In this document: in pieces, positions 1-12,508 of the stretch
Layout of the letters: each line of letters opens with the position of its first letter
Position numbering within the stretch: position 1 is the stretch's first letter
NCBI RefSeq assembly: GCF_001949145.1
Contig: NW_019091356.1
Span: 248,001 to 312,000, forward strand
DNA from: Acanthaster planci
Taxonomy: Eukaryota
Direction of reading: 5' to 3'
DNA: 64,000 bases
Notes under the pieces: model-generated
Told to the model about the DNA's origin: nothing
Databases searched by the model: none
Seen by the model: only the letters and a program-made list of their open reading frames with translations
Position numbers and translations under genes: made by a program

Positions 1-2037
1 ACTTCTGGAAAACTTAAATACCAGCAAACAGATTGTACACATTAAGTTACATGTCTATGTCAAGTAAATTTGATATTGTTGAATAAGTTTGATACATGTA
101 TCTCTGTAGAGGAGCAGTTTAGAACTTCAACCCTTGCTCTGCTGGACTTGAAGTAATGACTTTTCAAGTTTTCAACATTTCAAACAATTTATGTTGTCAG
201 TTTGATGAACTCATCATTTCGATCAAATAACAATGCTACAATCACCATTGTACAATGTAGTTTGTAGTCAGTATGCTGTACACATGTACATGCACATAAA
301 CAGGTAATGTACCAAGGTATCGTACAGTATGCAATGTCCAAATCTTGGTATTCTCTCACTTGAAAACCATTTTTATTATTACTTGCGGTATAACTGCAGA
401 ATACCCAGAATACTATTCCAAAAAGAAGACCGCTGGAATCACTGTTACTTGGGTATAAGATGAAAATCCCCATGAGAACAGTATGTACATGTATACATGT
501 AAGTACTACATCGTAATATACCAAGCTGTTTCCTCGGGTGTCAAGAAGCATCCATACACGTACAGTATAAAGAATTCTTTCCACGTTGAAGGTACAAAAA
601 CTGTACTAGGCCAACCGCTATACTTCATCATTGTTCAGAAGCTGCAGCAAAAATACCCTTCAGTCCATGTAACGTTAGGTCCAATGACTTCACAACACGA
701 GAACATTATCATTTTACATGTTTTATCATTAAAAACCATAACTGACACTCTCTTAGTGCTTGGTCTGAGTGATCGTGGAGGAATGTTGTCTAGTTCCTCA
801 ACCACACCAACCCAGTCACATTACTGTCAAAAGAAAATTCTATTGTAACTGTACATAGGGTACAGTCCACTGATTCAAGCCCCACTGAAAACAGTGTAAA
901 ATCAACACTGTTCAAGGCCCATAATAACATGCATACCTACAAGTAAATCCCTGAGATTTCTGACACACAAATTAAATTATTGCCTGGTCCCTAATCATTC
1001 TATTTCTTTTCAATTTTTTGTGGGTTAACCAATTACATTTTTAATTATTCCAACAGCACAAAATCACTGAAAAGTGATTTTTCCGAAGTCTGATTTGCAG
1101 CCATTTCTCAAGTGGCAACCCAACTTTCTCGGGCACTTACACAGTCACATGCAGGACATGATTGATAGGATCATTTTTAAACTGTAGTTTTTGGCCATTC
1201 TACTCTCACATGAAAGCTCATGGGAAGATGATCCTGGCAAAAATTTACACAATCTCACCATTTGGGAGCCAAACGATCTTATTTTTCAAAAGATACTGTA
1301 GGGGCACTTTTAAGGCTAATGTGCTGGCCAGAAATTCTCACATGAATTAGCGGACTGCACCCTGTAGACACGGGCCCTCGTTGGGGGGTTATTTTTCGTG
1401 AACCATGGTCATGATGGTCTAACACATGCTACTACTAGAGCTATTCATGGCAATGTTGATATCGATACCGAATTTTTGAACATCATGTAATGGTGAGACA
1501 CACAACACGATCTCTACAGGATTTATTAATATCGAATTCGACGGAATTCCAACAATTCACCCTTTAGCGCTTAGATAAAGTCATTTACCTGTTTCACCAA
1601 TGTCTCAGCCCGTTTCCATTTGGCAGCAATCTTCCAATTGTGGAAACGTGAACGTGAACGCACCTGCAGCAAAATTTCGATGTCAATAAATTGATCTGGT
1701 ACCCGACTCACTCTGCATGCTGCACTGATGTAAAACTTGTCCACAGCACCCCACCGTGCCGCCAGTCAGCTTTATGTTGATCATCGTGCACATAAACTTG
1801 CGCAAGTCCCTTATTTATAGAAGTTTGCTATTTTGCTTTTAAAAAATGCTGCATATTGTTTCCTCTCATTTCATTCTTTTGGAGAATTTCTTGTGCTTAA
1901 CAACCTTTAGAGTAATTCATTATGGTCTTATCATTTACAGAATTACAATATAAGAAACAAACTAGTTCCTTACCTTTACATAAATTGCATTGCATTAGGT
2001 CAAGTCCTTACATTGATGAGGGCGCACTCACACTTAC

Positions 2038-2135
2038 GCGGTGTTGCGATCTCCATAAATGAAGAACGATGGTTACGCTACACTACGTACGAGAAGATTA
2101 GAAAACAGTGCACAATCGGACAGAAAAGGCGCCGC
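2038..2135 (-). other. Possible first exon of a further downstream minus-strand transcript
   Basis: CpG-rich patch, pyrimidine-rich initiator-like gcgccttttct near 2129, strong donor C|gtaagt at 2037; no coherent downstream coding chain found. Confidence 0.25.
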
Positions 2136-2896
2136 CAAGTAACTCTCAAGAACATGTTGGCCTCGCGTTTTTTACTAGAAATTCATGATTAATTTTATGG
2201 TTACATATGCGAAATTTTTTACTCGCTCTTCCCCCAAACACTCCAAAATACATGTTCATGTAGTAGTAAACAAACCTATGCGGACAGCTCTGAATGTAGC
2301 CACCCGCCTTTATGCAACATAGGCCCACAAGTTGGAGGTTTTGTGAACGAAATACCCCCCCCAAGTTGTAAGCCACAAGTCCTAAATTCGTGATTTATAA
2401 AAATATGTCTGTGACCGCCCCCGATTATAGTACCTCTTATTCTGAATAACCCGTGGGATTACAAAATATTAATCAGCGTAGAAATCTACCGATTTAGTGG
2501 AAAGTACCCCTAATTGATCAGTCAAGTTGTCCCGTTTGCCTTGTAATTATTCTTTGATATTTCCCGCTTACCGAATAAGAATGAAATGAATTTCTGAATA
2601 TTTTCCCCATCTTTATCAGCAGACTATGTTTTCATTGTAACGACTCCTCCATAACGGGCGCAATTTTCTGGACTATTTTCCAACCTCCTACCCGTGAACA
2701 GTATGTCTCGGTAACAAAGGGAAGAAGCTCTGCATTTACCCATTTCCCGAATTTTCCCTGATGATTTAAATGAAACTTCCAATTCACCTGTGATCAAGTT
2801 GATTGCATAATGGCCACCTGCACTACACAGTAGTCCCCCAAAAGGTACAACCTGCTGAGATCACAATATCAGACAGACACTTCATAATTTAGGAAT

Positions 2897-2902
2897 TTTA
2901 TT
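2897..2902 (-). terminator. Candidate polyadenylation signal of gene A (3' UTR about 1.7 kb)
   Basis: Minus-strand AATAAA followed about 17 nt later by GT-rich gtgtctgtctg, at the end of a very AT-rich block (2880-3000). Confidence 0.45.
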
Positions 2903-4625
2903 TAAAGAAACCATAATATGCCTTAAATAAAGAAAGTTTAGTTTTTTAATATATACAATTTTACAATAAAATACAATACCGTTTTATTGAATAAAAGAAC
3001 GGGATGAGTTCCCTTGGATCAAATGAAATGATTATTTTTGCAGGTTTTTCCCCTACTTTTTGGTCTGTTTATCAGTAGGCAATCCCATCTCCTGGGTAAT
3101 GTAGGCCTTACTTAATACATGTATCGGTACATGTAATTAGTTTTCCATACGTGATTTGTTGTGTCATAAATGCGGGCACACGTGCTTAGGCCTAAGTTTT
3201 CGTAAACAAATTGGATACTACATTTTCCTTGCAAGGAAATCCTAAAGACGATGGAATTGTAACTCCGGCGCCAGAGTAGTGTCACATCATTTTAAACAAC
3301 TGGAGATTTCTGGACAGTCCATGTGTATACTGGTAACGCTCTCTTTGCCTTGAAGGTGAAGTACCCGAACCGAGCTAATACATGTATTGGTTTCTTACCT
3401 TTTTAAAAGTGTTCTCTATGTTTTCCCCCTCTTTCCCCTAAAAACACAGTCCAGTAGTTTCATCATTACGAAATGCACAGTGTTTAGAATTCATAGGAAA
3501 TAGACGTGTATGTTCAGGGCTGCCTGAAATTCACTCAATTAAAAACCCTTTTAAACAGGTGTCCGATGAGGCACTCCTATAATAAAAGGTAAACGTGTGC
3601 TGGTTAAATAATAGGTAAGAGACAATACTTAATCGTTACGGTGATGTAGTTCGATACAAGTGGTTTTTAGTGGTCGGGAAATTTGTCTTTTTGTCCTAAA
3701 AGGCAGGCCTTAAATCCTTACATCAGCAATAATGTGTTTAAAGAGAAGAGCTCGCTTGTCTCCCGTCTGTAAAGAGCTGGTTCAAGCAGGACACGTCACT
3801 TTATACCCACCACCCCTGAATAACCCTCTGTTAAACACAAGTTAAGAAAAATACGCAGGCATAGAATTTAACCCTTGCAGAGTTTTCCCATCTTTATCTT
3901 TAAGGCCTTTCTCTATGATATAAGATTTATTATCACAAAATTTATAACTGCATTGAAATTTCCTTCTCCCATCTTAATGTTGATGCAGCCATATTTAAAT
4001 CTAACGTTTAGTCAGAATGATTCTTGAGACTCTGAAGGATGTGTCTTCTTTATTCATTTACAATATTTCGAATTCGCATCTGATATACAAACAATAATCC
4101 TCCAACATCGAGTAACATAATGCAGTAACATTAAAAAACTATAAAATCGTTTAAACTGTACATCTACTTAATTTATTTGTACAAGCTTCTGGAATGCTGT
4201 AAACTATCATCTAAACAGTCACATGACATCCTGAAAGGCATCTGGTTGCTTGGCATTCGGGCTACTTCTGATTCAAAAAAAGGAAGTTTCCCATAGCCAA
4301 AATAAATGTAGCCTTCTCAAACTTTCAGGCAACTGATAAATTCAATTTGCACAATATTGTGGGTGAGCTGTATGGTGTTGTTCAAATGAATTCATCTTTT
4401 ATTGATTTTTCACTGTTGTTATGCGCAAAGTTAGAATCGGCTTTTTACAGCTTGAAATACAAGTCACTGTGAGATCTTGATCACTTTCCTCCGGGATTTC
4501 CTCCGGCTTTTCGTCTTGTTTTGAGCACGTTCAAATCCACATACTTGCACTTATTGCTTAGTGCTTGCAGCGCCCCCAACGGTTGCACGACGGTACAGAA
4601 AGCACAAACGCGTTTGACAGTCGTT

Positions 4626-5128
4626 TCATATCAAAACCTCTCCGTTTTGTGTTCGACGTTTGGCACCGGGTGCGCCAGGCACGATGTAGTACCTCGAGTT
4701 ACTATGCGGGCAAGTAGTTGATGATGCAGTTGTGGTGGTGTACTGACTATCTGTACTCATGAAACTTTCCGTAACAATTGACATTGTCGAAGACCGAACT
4801 GATGCCGTCTCGGCCTCGGAACCCTCGCGACTTTCCTCACTTGTTACAGAACAAGGAGGAGTCGGGTCAGACAACACTGATGATGGGGGCGTAATGTCTA
4901 CAAAAGGCTTCTCCATGGAGCTCAGACTACGGGTGGGTCTAACCGTGGCAAGCTTCCTAGGTACAGGTTGTGGACGCTGGACTGGCGTGGGTAATGACCC
5001 TAGATCAGATGGAAGACTGGCTAGTGTGTACTGGACTGGAACAGCAATGCCGGGAACACATTGTGGATCCGACAAAGGTTGCCTGGTGTTACGCTTGTAG
5101 CGACCTCCCAGGCTCGACGAATCGTAAA
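4626..5128 (-). CDS. Gene A exon 8: Ser/Thr/Pro-rich cytoplasmic tail with stop
   Basis: Acceptor ttccctgtgtcag; (V)YDSSSLGG...SRYYIVPGAPGAKRRTQNGEVLI then TGA at 4628-4626. Confidence 0.85.
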
Positions 5129-5676
5129 CTGACACAGGGAAAGATGTAATATTAAAATGTAATATTACCCCTTAATCAAATTGTCCACTGCAACCAATAC
5201 AGTTAAAGTTTCGTAAACAGTGAAAGTTTCCAGTTTATAATGAATGAATGAAACACTTGGTACTTGGCCAGTTGCTGGTTAAACATGATCTACGGACAGT
5301 GCAGGGAATTTGTGGGGAAGGGTTCGATAAATAAAAAATTTCAATTAAATTCCTCAATTGATTTGCGAATGCATTTTGATGCATTTGATTCCGGACTGAA
5401 ATTAGAATGACGCACCACTGCAAGGCTTCAAACCACAAAGATCATGCAAGGAAAGAAATCATGCTACAGTATAACAATGACATCATGGTGCGGGAAATGT
5501 GTTACGGAATAATGAGGCAATGGGAATGGCCTGCACTGATTTGCATATATTTCTTGCAATAATGGGAACCGAAACTAAGACAATAAAAGATTGTTACCTA
5601 AAAGGAAGATTTTACACAATGAAAAATTGACGAAATAATGTCTGACAACAAAATTTCACAATACACAAGTTCATAC

Positions 5677-5762
5677 CTTTAACATTATTGCTGTTCAAAT
5701 CGATGATCTGTATTTTCTGGTTTACATCAGTCACAAACATATCACTGGGACGTTCCATTGTC
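5677..5762 (-). CDS. Gene A exon 7: short cytoplasmic exon
   Basis: Acceptor ttttccctattag; (R)TMERPSDMFVTDVNQKIQIIDLNSNNVK; donor G|gtatga; supplies the phase 2 to 1 bridge needed between exons 6 and 8. Confidence 0.75.
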
Positions 5763-6208
5763 CTAATAGGGAAAATCATGTTGCCGCTTTATTTTATTAA
5801 AGTTAATTCAAGTGTGTAAGTACTGAAAGATGGGCTGATGTTGTCATTGCCGTTAACAATATTCAATGATACCTGCATTTGGTTCCCTGTGTTTCAGGTT
5901 TTTCTGAATCTCTGACACTAACTGTTCCTACCTCTGAAGGAAATTTTATAAAAGTCAAGTTTAGAGAAGGTCAACATAAGACTTTTTGGAAGTCTCTTCA
6001 GCTGTTATCATTTGCATTCGAAAGGTCAAATTCATACACCGAGATTATTATCACACTCAGTTATCATGGTGACAAGCATGCAGATGCTTAGTAGTATATT
6101 GTCATGGGGGTAATGGCACAAGGTAGACAGGGAAATGGGTTAAAATTTTGAGCAGTGTGATTAATGAAACCCGTTAAATAGGACAAGTGAAACCTCAAGA
6201 TGACGTAC

Positions 6209-6398
6209 CTATAGGAGCCATAACGACCACAATTCCACCTCTGAGTAACCATGATCGCTATGATCACCAACAGGACAAAACCTAGGGCGCCACCAGCGAT
6301 GATGGCGTACATAACTAGCGGCATCTCCATGACTTCGTCGAGTAGATTCTGCGTAATAACAGCATCGCCTTCAGAGCCTGGATGACTAGTTGCTTCGG
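6209..6398 (-). CDS. Gene A exon 6: transmembrane helix
   Basis: (A)EATSHPGSEGDAVITQNLLDEVMEMPLVMYAIIAGGALGFVLLVIIAIMVTQRWNCGRYGSY; acceptor taattcag, donor AG|gtacgt; phase 1 to 2. Confidence 0.9.
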
Positions 6399-6762
6399 CT
6401 GAATTATGAAGAGCAGGGATGAAATGGAGATAGGGAACCAGATGAATATAATGACGTCAGCAACATTAAGAAGCAATCAGTCATCATCACACTGATATAT
6501 ACTGGACAAACTGATTTGTTTTCGAGTTCTGCATTTGTTCACAAACTTAAATAAAGAAAACGAGATTTGGCAGTAGGCCTACATACACGTCCTCTCGAGA
6601 AAGGAATCGGCAAGAATAAACGGTCTGCCCTAAGAATGTGGGAAGAAAAATGGAGAACCGTGCAAGAGTCACACTGTATATCTCACACCATACCATGCAA
6701 TCCAGTTGACAATGAATCAAAATGCTCACTCCTTGTCACAATTTAAACACAGAGCTAACTAC

Positions 6763-6872
6763 CTTGCTTGCATTTGCCGCTGACGACGTCACAGGTAGCA
6801 TTCCCTGAACAAGGAGGACATTCCAAAGCGCAATTCATACCGTATGTCCCCGGCTGACAGGGATCTCGGCAT
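6763..6872 (-). CDS. Gene A exon 5: terminal half EGF repeat
   Basis: Acceptor tgtcttgcag; (R)CRDPCQPGTYGMNCALECPPCSGNATCDVVSGKCKQ; donor G|gtagtt; phase 2 to 1. Confidence 0.92.
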
Positions 6873-7897
6873 CTGCAAGACACAGAAAAGAACTTTTATC
6901 ACAAGGCAGTTACCAAAATAGAAGTTAGGAAAATCATAACACGACACTGATTACTTCTACATCGAAAACAACGCATTCATTGCAAAAAAAAAACCAATTG
7001 TTTCCGTTCACTGCACGGAACATCTCCAGTATTGGAGGCTCTGAGATGAATGTTATATATTCAAAGCATGTCTCGTCCCCATTGCATTATTTTTTATCTC
7101 TTTTAGCAAAGGTATACGGACCAACGCCTAGTGACCACAAGACACCTTTAAACCTTCAGTCGAATGGAATTTTCAAAGAACCATTCACTTGTCTACAAAT
7201 TTCTGGTACAGCTTTACCGTACACTCTCTCTCAAAAGCCTCTAAATTCAACGTAGCCCTGATTCAAAACACATCGGTGTATCAAGTATCAAATTCTGGCA
7301 CAGAGATAGTTACCACAAGATAAAATACAAAGCCAACTTATTCTAACACTAACCACAAATTAAATCTGTCTTCGCCTCAACTTGTTGTTTAATCTAGCAA
7401 CGGTTATGACGTCTTTTAATACGTGAATCGTAATTAAGCGTAACACCCCGAGGTGCAAGTGGTTTTCTTAGTTAGAACATGGGGAATCTAGTTTCCTTCC
7501 TTGGGCAGAGACAGAATAACTGGAGCGTACACCCGTTCTGCTTATCGCAAAAGTTCCTAACAAAAACTGTTAGTAAAGCTATTGGCCTGGAAGCAGATAA
7601 TGGCTCGTAATTAACAAAAAATTATAAATAGAAACCACAGGACTGTTCCTATAAGGACGTGCAATTACTGCATTATAAACCCTTCTCATAATAACTGTAC
7701 ATGTAAGACACAGAGTTTAAGCAAGCTCGGAGGATCAAGATTAAAACATACATCGAATGTCACTGCATAGGTGTTGACTTCCGAAATGTTTCTCCAGAGA
7801 AAAGAATCATTTTAATTTTTAAAAATTGCTCAAGGTAATAAGCATTCGAAATCCCAAATTTGCTAAACTAACGTCAGCTAAAGATTTAGAATTTTAC

Positions 7898-10800
7898 CTG
7901 TTGCCTCCATAACCAGGTCTGCAAAAACATTCTCCAGTCACGTGATCGCATGTGCCACCATGCTCGCATCTTTGACACTTCATCTTACAGTTTGCACCGT
8001 AAGTTCCCTCTTTGCATGGAATTCTACAGTCTGGTCCCTTCCAACCAGCCTCACAGATGCAACCACGGATATGATGGCATGTGCCTCGATTTCCACATTG
8101 GCAAAGCCCTGAGCAATTTTCTCCATATTGTTGTCTTGGGCAGGTGTAATTGCATCGAGGTCCTCTCCAGCCACTGGTACAAATACAGCCATACACATGG
8201 TGGCAGATGGCATCGTTTTCACACTGACAGGTCTTTTGACAAGCAGGTCCATATCGTCCTTCAGTACATGGGTTCTCACAATGCCTTCCCTCCCATCCGG
8301 ACTCGCACACACATCCTAGGACTTTGTCACACTTCCCGTGCATCCCACACTGACATTCCACCGTACAGCCAGCACCGAAGAAACCCGGTAGACAAGTTTC
8401 ATTACAGTAACGTCCTTGCCAGCCTGGCGAACACATGCACCCAAATTCTGCATGGCAGTGGCCCCCATTAAGACACGAACATTCCTCCTGGCAGTTTCTT
8501 CCGTAGAACCCATCTGCGCAGCGTTGCTCACAGGCGTCTCCCATCCATCCTGATTGACAGACGCAACCTCTTACTGCATCGCACTCTCCACCATTTTGAC
8601 ACTGACATACTTTGCCACACTGTACTCCATACGTTCCAGCTTGACACGGAACCAAACACGCCTCACCCTGCCATCCTGCTGCACAATCACACCCATTGAT
8701 GGGATCACAAGACGCACCATTGCCACAGTCACATTTCCTACTGCACTGTCTACCATAGAAACCATCCATACACGGCTGGTCACAACTCTCTCCCATCCAT
8801 CCGTCCAAACACTCACACATTCCAGTAACAGCGTTGCAAGATGCATTGTTTACACAATGGCACTGTTGATTGCAGCCGACGCCATACTGTCCATCCTGGC
8901 ACTGATGCTGACACAGTTCCCCAGTCCAACCTGCCTGACACGAACATGAGCCCGACGTTGTATTACACTGACCACCATTCTCACACTGGCATTCCTGTGA
9001 GCAGTTTAGACCAAAGAAGCCTTCAGGACAGGCCTTGTTGCAATGTTCTCCCAACCAGCCTGCAGAGCACCTACAGGCACCACTAACTGAATCACACGAA
9101 GCACCATTAAGGCACGTACAGGCCTCCTTACATCTGTCCCCATAGAAGCCTGGCTGGCAATTATGGTCACAGTGTTCACCTATCCATCCACGCTCGCACT
9201 GGCAGCTACCACTAATGGGATCGCACAATGCACCGTTCTTACACTGACACACTGACAAGCAACCTACACCAAAAGTTCCACGCGGGCAAAAATCAGAGCA
9301 GAATGGTCCTTTCCACCCTGGTGTACATAAACATGAACCATTGCGCTTGTCACATGTCGCCCCGTTTTCACATAGACACCTCTCCTGACACTGAATGCCA
9401 TAGTAGCCATCTCTACAAGGTTCTTGGCACTCATCCCCTACCCATCCAGAAGAACAAGAACAATTGCCGTCAACTGCATCACACAGACCGTCATTTCTAC
9501 ATCTACAGACATTCCTACACTGCAAACCGTAAAAGCCCCGTTGACATTTACTCTGACAAAACTTACCAGTCCAGCCAGCCAGGCAAACACAAGTACCGTG
9601 TTCACGATGGCAACTAGCGCCGTGTAGACATGGGCATCTCTTGGAGCATGCGTGGCCATACGTTCCATTCGGACATGGAATTTCGCAGAAATCACCCCAC
9701 CATCCCGGACTACATAGACACGCCCCTGTCACGTGATCACAAGCTGCATCGTTTGCACATGTGCATTTCGAGGAACAGTCCTGACCGTAGAAGCCAATTG
9801 GACATGATTTATTGCAGTTTTCCCCAAACCATCCTGCCGTGCAACTACACGATCCATCGATGTGGTTGCAAATGGCACCATTTTCACAAAGACAAGTTTG
9901 TCGGCATTGGACTCCATAGGTTCCTTGTTCACAGGGCTGATCACAAACCATACCCTTCCATCCCAGGGTACAGGTACAACTACCTGTCTGTGGATCACAT
10001 AAGGCGCCGTTCTGACACAAGCATTCTTCAGTACAGTTGAAACCATGCAAACCTCTACGGCAGGCCATTTCACATTTTGAACCCATCCATCCGCGAGAAC
10101 ATAAACATGCTCCTGTTACAGCATCACACCTAGCTCCGTTTAAACACTGGCATCGCGAGGTACAGCCATGCCCATAGAATCCTTCGTTACAGATATACTG
10201 ACATAACTCCCCTTCCCATCCATGCTGACAGGTGCAATTTCCAGTTACGAAGTCGCAGTCAGCACCGTTTTGACACCTGCAGACCTCATTACATTCTCTA
10301 CCATAGAAACCTTTTGGACAAGGTTCCTCACACAACATACCTTGCCACCCCAAGGAACACGTACAGGTGCCGTCAACAGCATCGCATGTACCACCATGAA
10401 GACACTGACACTTCATCTGGCAATTGACACCAAAGAATCTGTCTGGACATTTCTCGCTACAAGTATCTCCGGTCCAACCAGCTGGACACGTACATGTTCC
10501 GTGCACTGGGTTACAAGTCCCACCGTTTTCACACCGACACTGTATCAGACAACTTAGTCCAAAAAGTCCAAAGGTACACGAAGCATTGCAGTAAGTCCCT
10601 TGCCAGCCAGGTGAGCACCTGCAGGTCCCTGTGACTGGATCACAAGTCCCTCCGTTCTCGCACTGGCAAACTTCAGAACAACTAGGCCCAAAGAAACCAT
10701 CAGCACACCGCTTGTCGCAGTTTATACCGGTCCAACCAGGTCCACAGGAGCAGACACCTGTGACATGGTCACACGTAGAGTTATTCTTGCAATCACAAAT

Positions 10801-11311
10801 CCCGCGACATCTGTCTCCGTAAGTTTCGTGGGCGCATGGAATACCACAGTGCTCTCCTAACCAACCAGGGCCACAGGTACATTCTCCAGTGATATGATGA
10901 CATTTAGCTCCATTCCGACATTGACATAGTCTCTTACAACCACTTCCATACCGACCACCGGTACATTTGATCTCACAATGCATACCTATCCACCCTGGTC
11001 TACAGTAACAGTTGCCCTCGGAAGGACTACACCCTTCACCATGGGCACAGCCGCATTCATGAGAGCAATCCTGGCCATAGAAACCCCATGGGCAAAGCTC
11101 ACTGCATTTTGTACCCTGCCATCCTGGTGGGCAGTTACAAGTTCCGTTGACTGGGTTGCATGTACCCCTTTCACAGCGGCATTTCTTCAAGCAGTCTTGT
11201 CCGTACGATCCCTCCACACATCGAGTCTGGCAAAGATTTCCACTCCAGCCTATCGTGCAGGAACAGGAGCCGTCTACACTACTGCATGTTCCACCATTTT
11301 GGCAACTACAT
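7898..11311 (-). CDS. Gene A exon 4: 3414-nt exon with about 27 tandem laminin-type EGF repeats
   Basis: Contains ORF 7894..11217; 27 C-x-x-G-[WY]-x-G motifs at 42-43 aa spacing; acceptor ttttccgtag, donor AG|gtaaaa; phase 2 to 2. Confidence 0.97.
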
Positions 11312-12204
11312 CTACGGAAAAATAGATGAAACAGACTTTGGAAATAAAATTATGCCAAATATAATGTAATAACAAGCTGCAAAGGCCAAACACATTTTGT
11401 GACAAAACACAAAGAATGAATAAGACCTTTCGGATTTTCAAAGGAGTACTGGTCATTCTCTTCCAATAAAGTGATTCCAATTATTATTCGGAATGAAACA
11501 TGCTTTGAGTAGAGGACCATTACTGTGGGAATTTTATACTTCTTTTGTTTTTTTTAGAGAAGACACACTTCTCGTATTATTAGTAAACATATACGTTTTA
11601 TGTAGTGTCTTGACGTAAAGAGTAATTAGTGTGGATGTTCATCACGGTTACTCAAGTAATGTTTAACCATGCCATGGTTTAAAAGAGAAGCTGGAAATAA
11701 TCTAAATGAATATGGCGAAGAGCTAACGAAAAGAAATCCATTGTAATAACTATCATGGGACTACGCTCCTAGGATGCCATGTTGCTTTCCTTGGCCAAAG
11801 CCAGGAAATCTTGTCGTTTAGCCAAATTAATCCCAAGGGTACACAAACGCTAAAGGTAAAATCTCACATCAAAAGATGGACAGAATGTCTAAGATGACGT
11901 CTCCGCTATTCAGGACAGGAAGTATTATAGTTGTTGGTCGGATTGAAGTTGATTGTGTAGTGGATAAACAAGTTCATATTGCTGTCATCACTTTCTGAGA
12001 CCCCCATGTGAGAAAATGAATCCACAAGAATGCATCATTCTGAGTTTGAACCTACAGATTGGCGCATCAAAGGTTTAGTATCATATTGATACTAACAAAT
12101 GAAGTGAAAGAATGTTAGGATATAATGTGGGCCCCACAACTTTATGATCTTTGTCCAAACTAAGACATTCATTCATAAAAGGAAAAGTTTGTTCTATTAA
12201 CTAC

Positions 12205-12508
12205 CTTGCTTGACATCGGGATCCATAGAAACCCTCTGGGCACCGATGTTCGCATGTGTGACCAGTTACATGTAATTTGCTAGGACAGGCACATGTCCCC
12301 TTGAAGCGGTCACAAAGGGATCCATATTGGCACAGACATGGTCGACTACAGTTGGGTCCATACCGCGTTCCATTGCATGGCTGAGTGCAATCCGGCCCGG
12401 TCCAGCCACGGCCACATCGACAACTACCGTCTTCCTTGTTACATTTCCCGCCATTTTGACAGCGGCAAAGATCTCGACAGTCTTGACCCCACGTTAGCTT
12501 CGTACACG
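12205..12508 (-). CDS. Gene A exon 3: first EGF repeats
   Basis: Acceptor tattgcag; (P)CTKLTWGQDCRDLCRCQNGGKCNKEDGSCRCGRGWTGPDC...CPEGFYGSRCQA; donor AG|gtagtt; phase 1 to 2. Confidence 0.92.

Noticed and set aside
189..1830. ORFs at 189-848 and exon-like segments near 1589-1810
   Set aside because: No recognisable protein and no consistent spliced frame.
5872..5933. Candidate extra cytoplasmic exon of gene A after the acceptor tttccttcag
   Set aside because: The frame required by the TM exon hits TAG within a few codons, and the 5677-5762 exon already bridges the phases.
7950..11369. Many plus-strand and alternate-frame ORFs over the giant EGF exon
   Set aside because: They are antisense or frame shadows of a Cys/Gly-rich coding exon and have no independent protein features.
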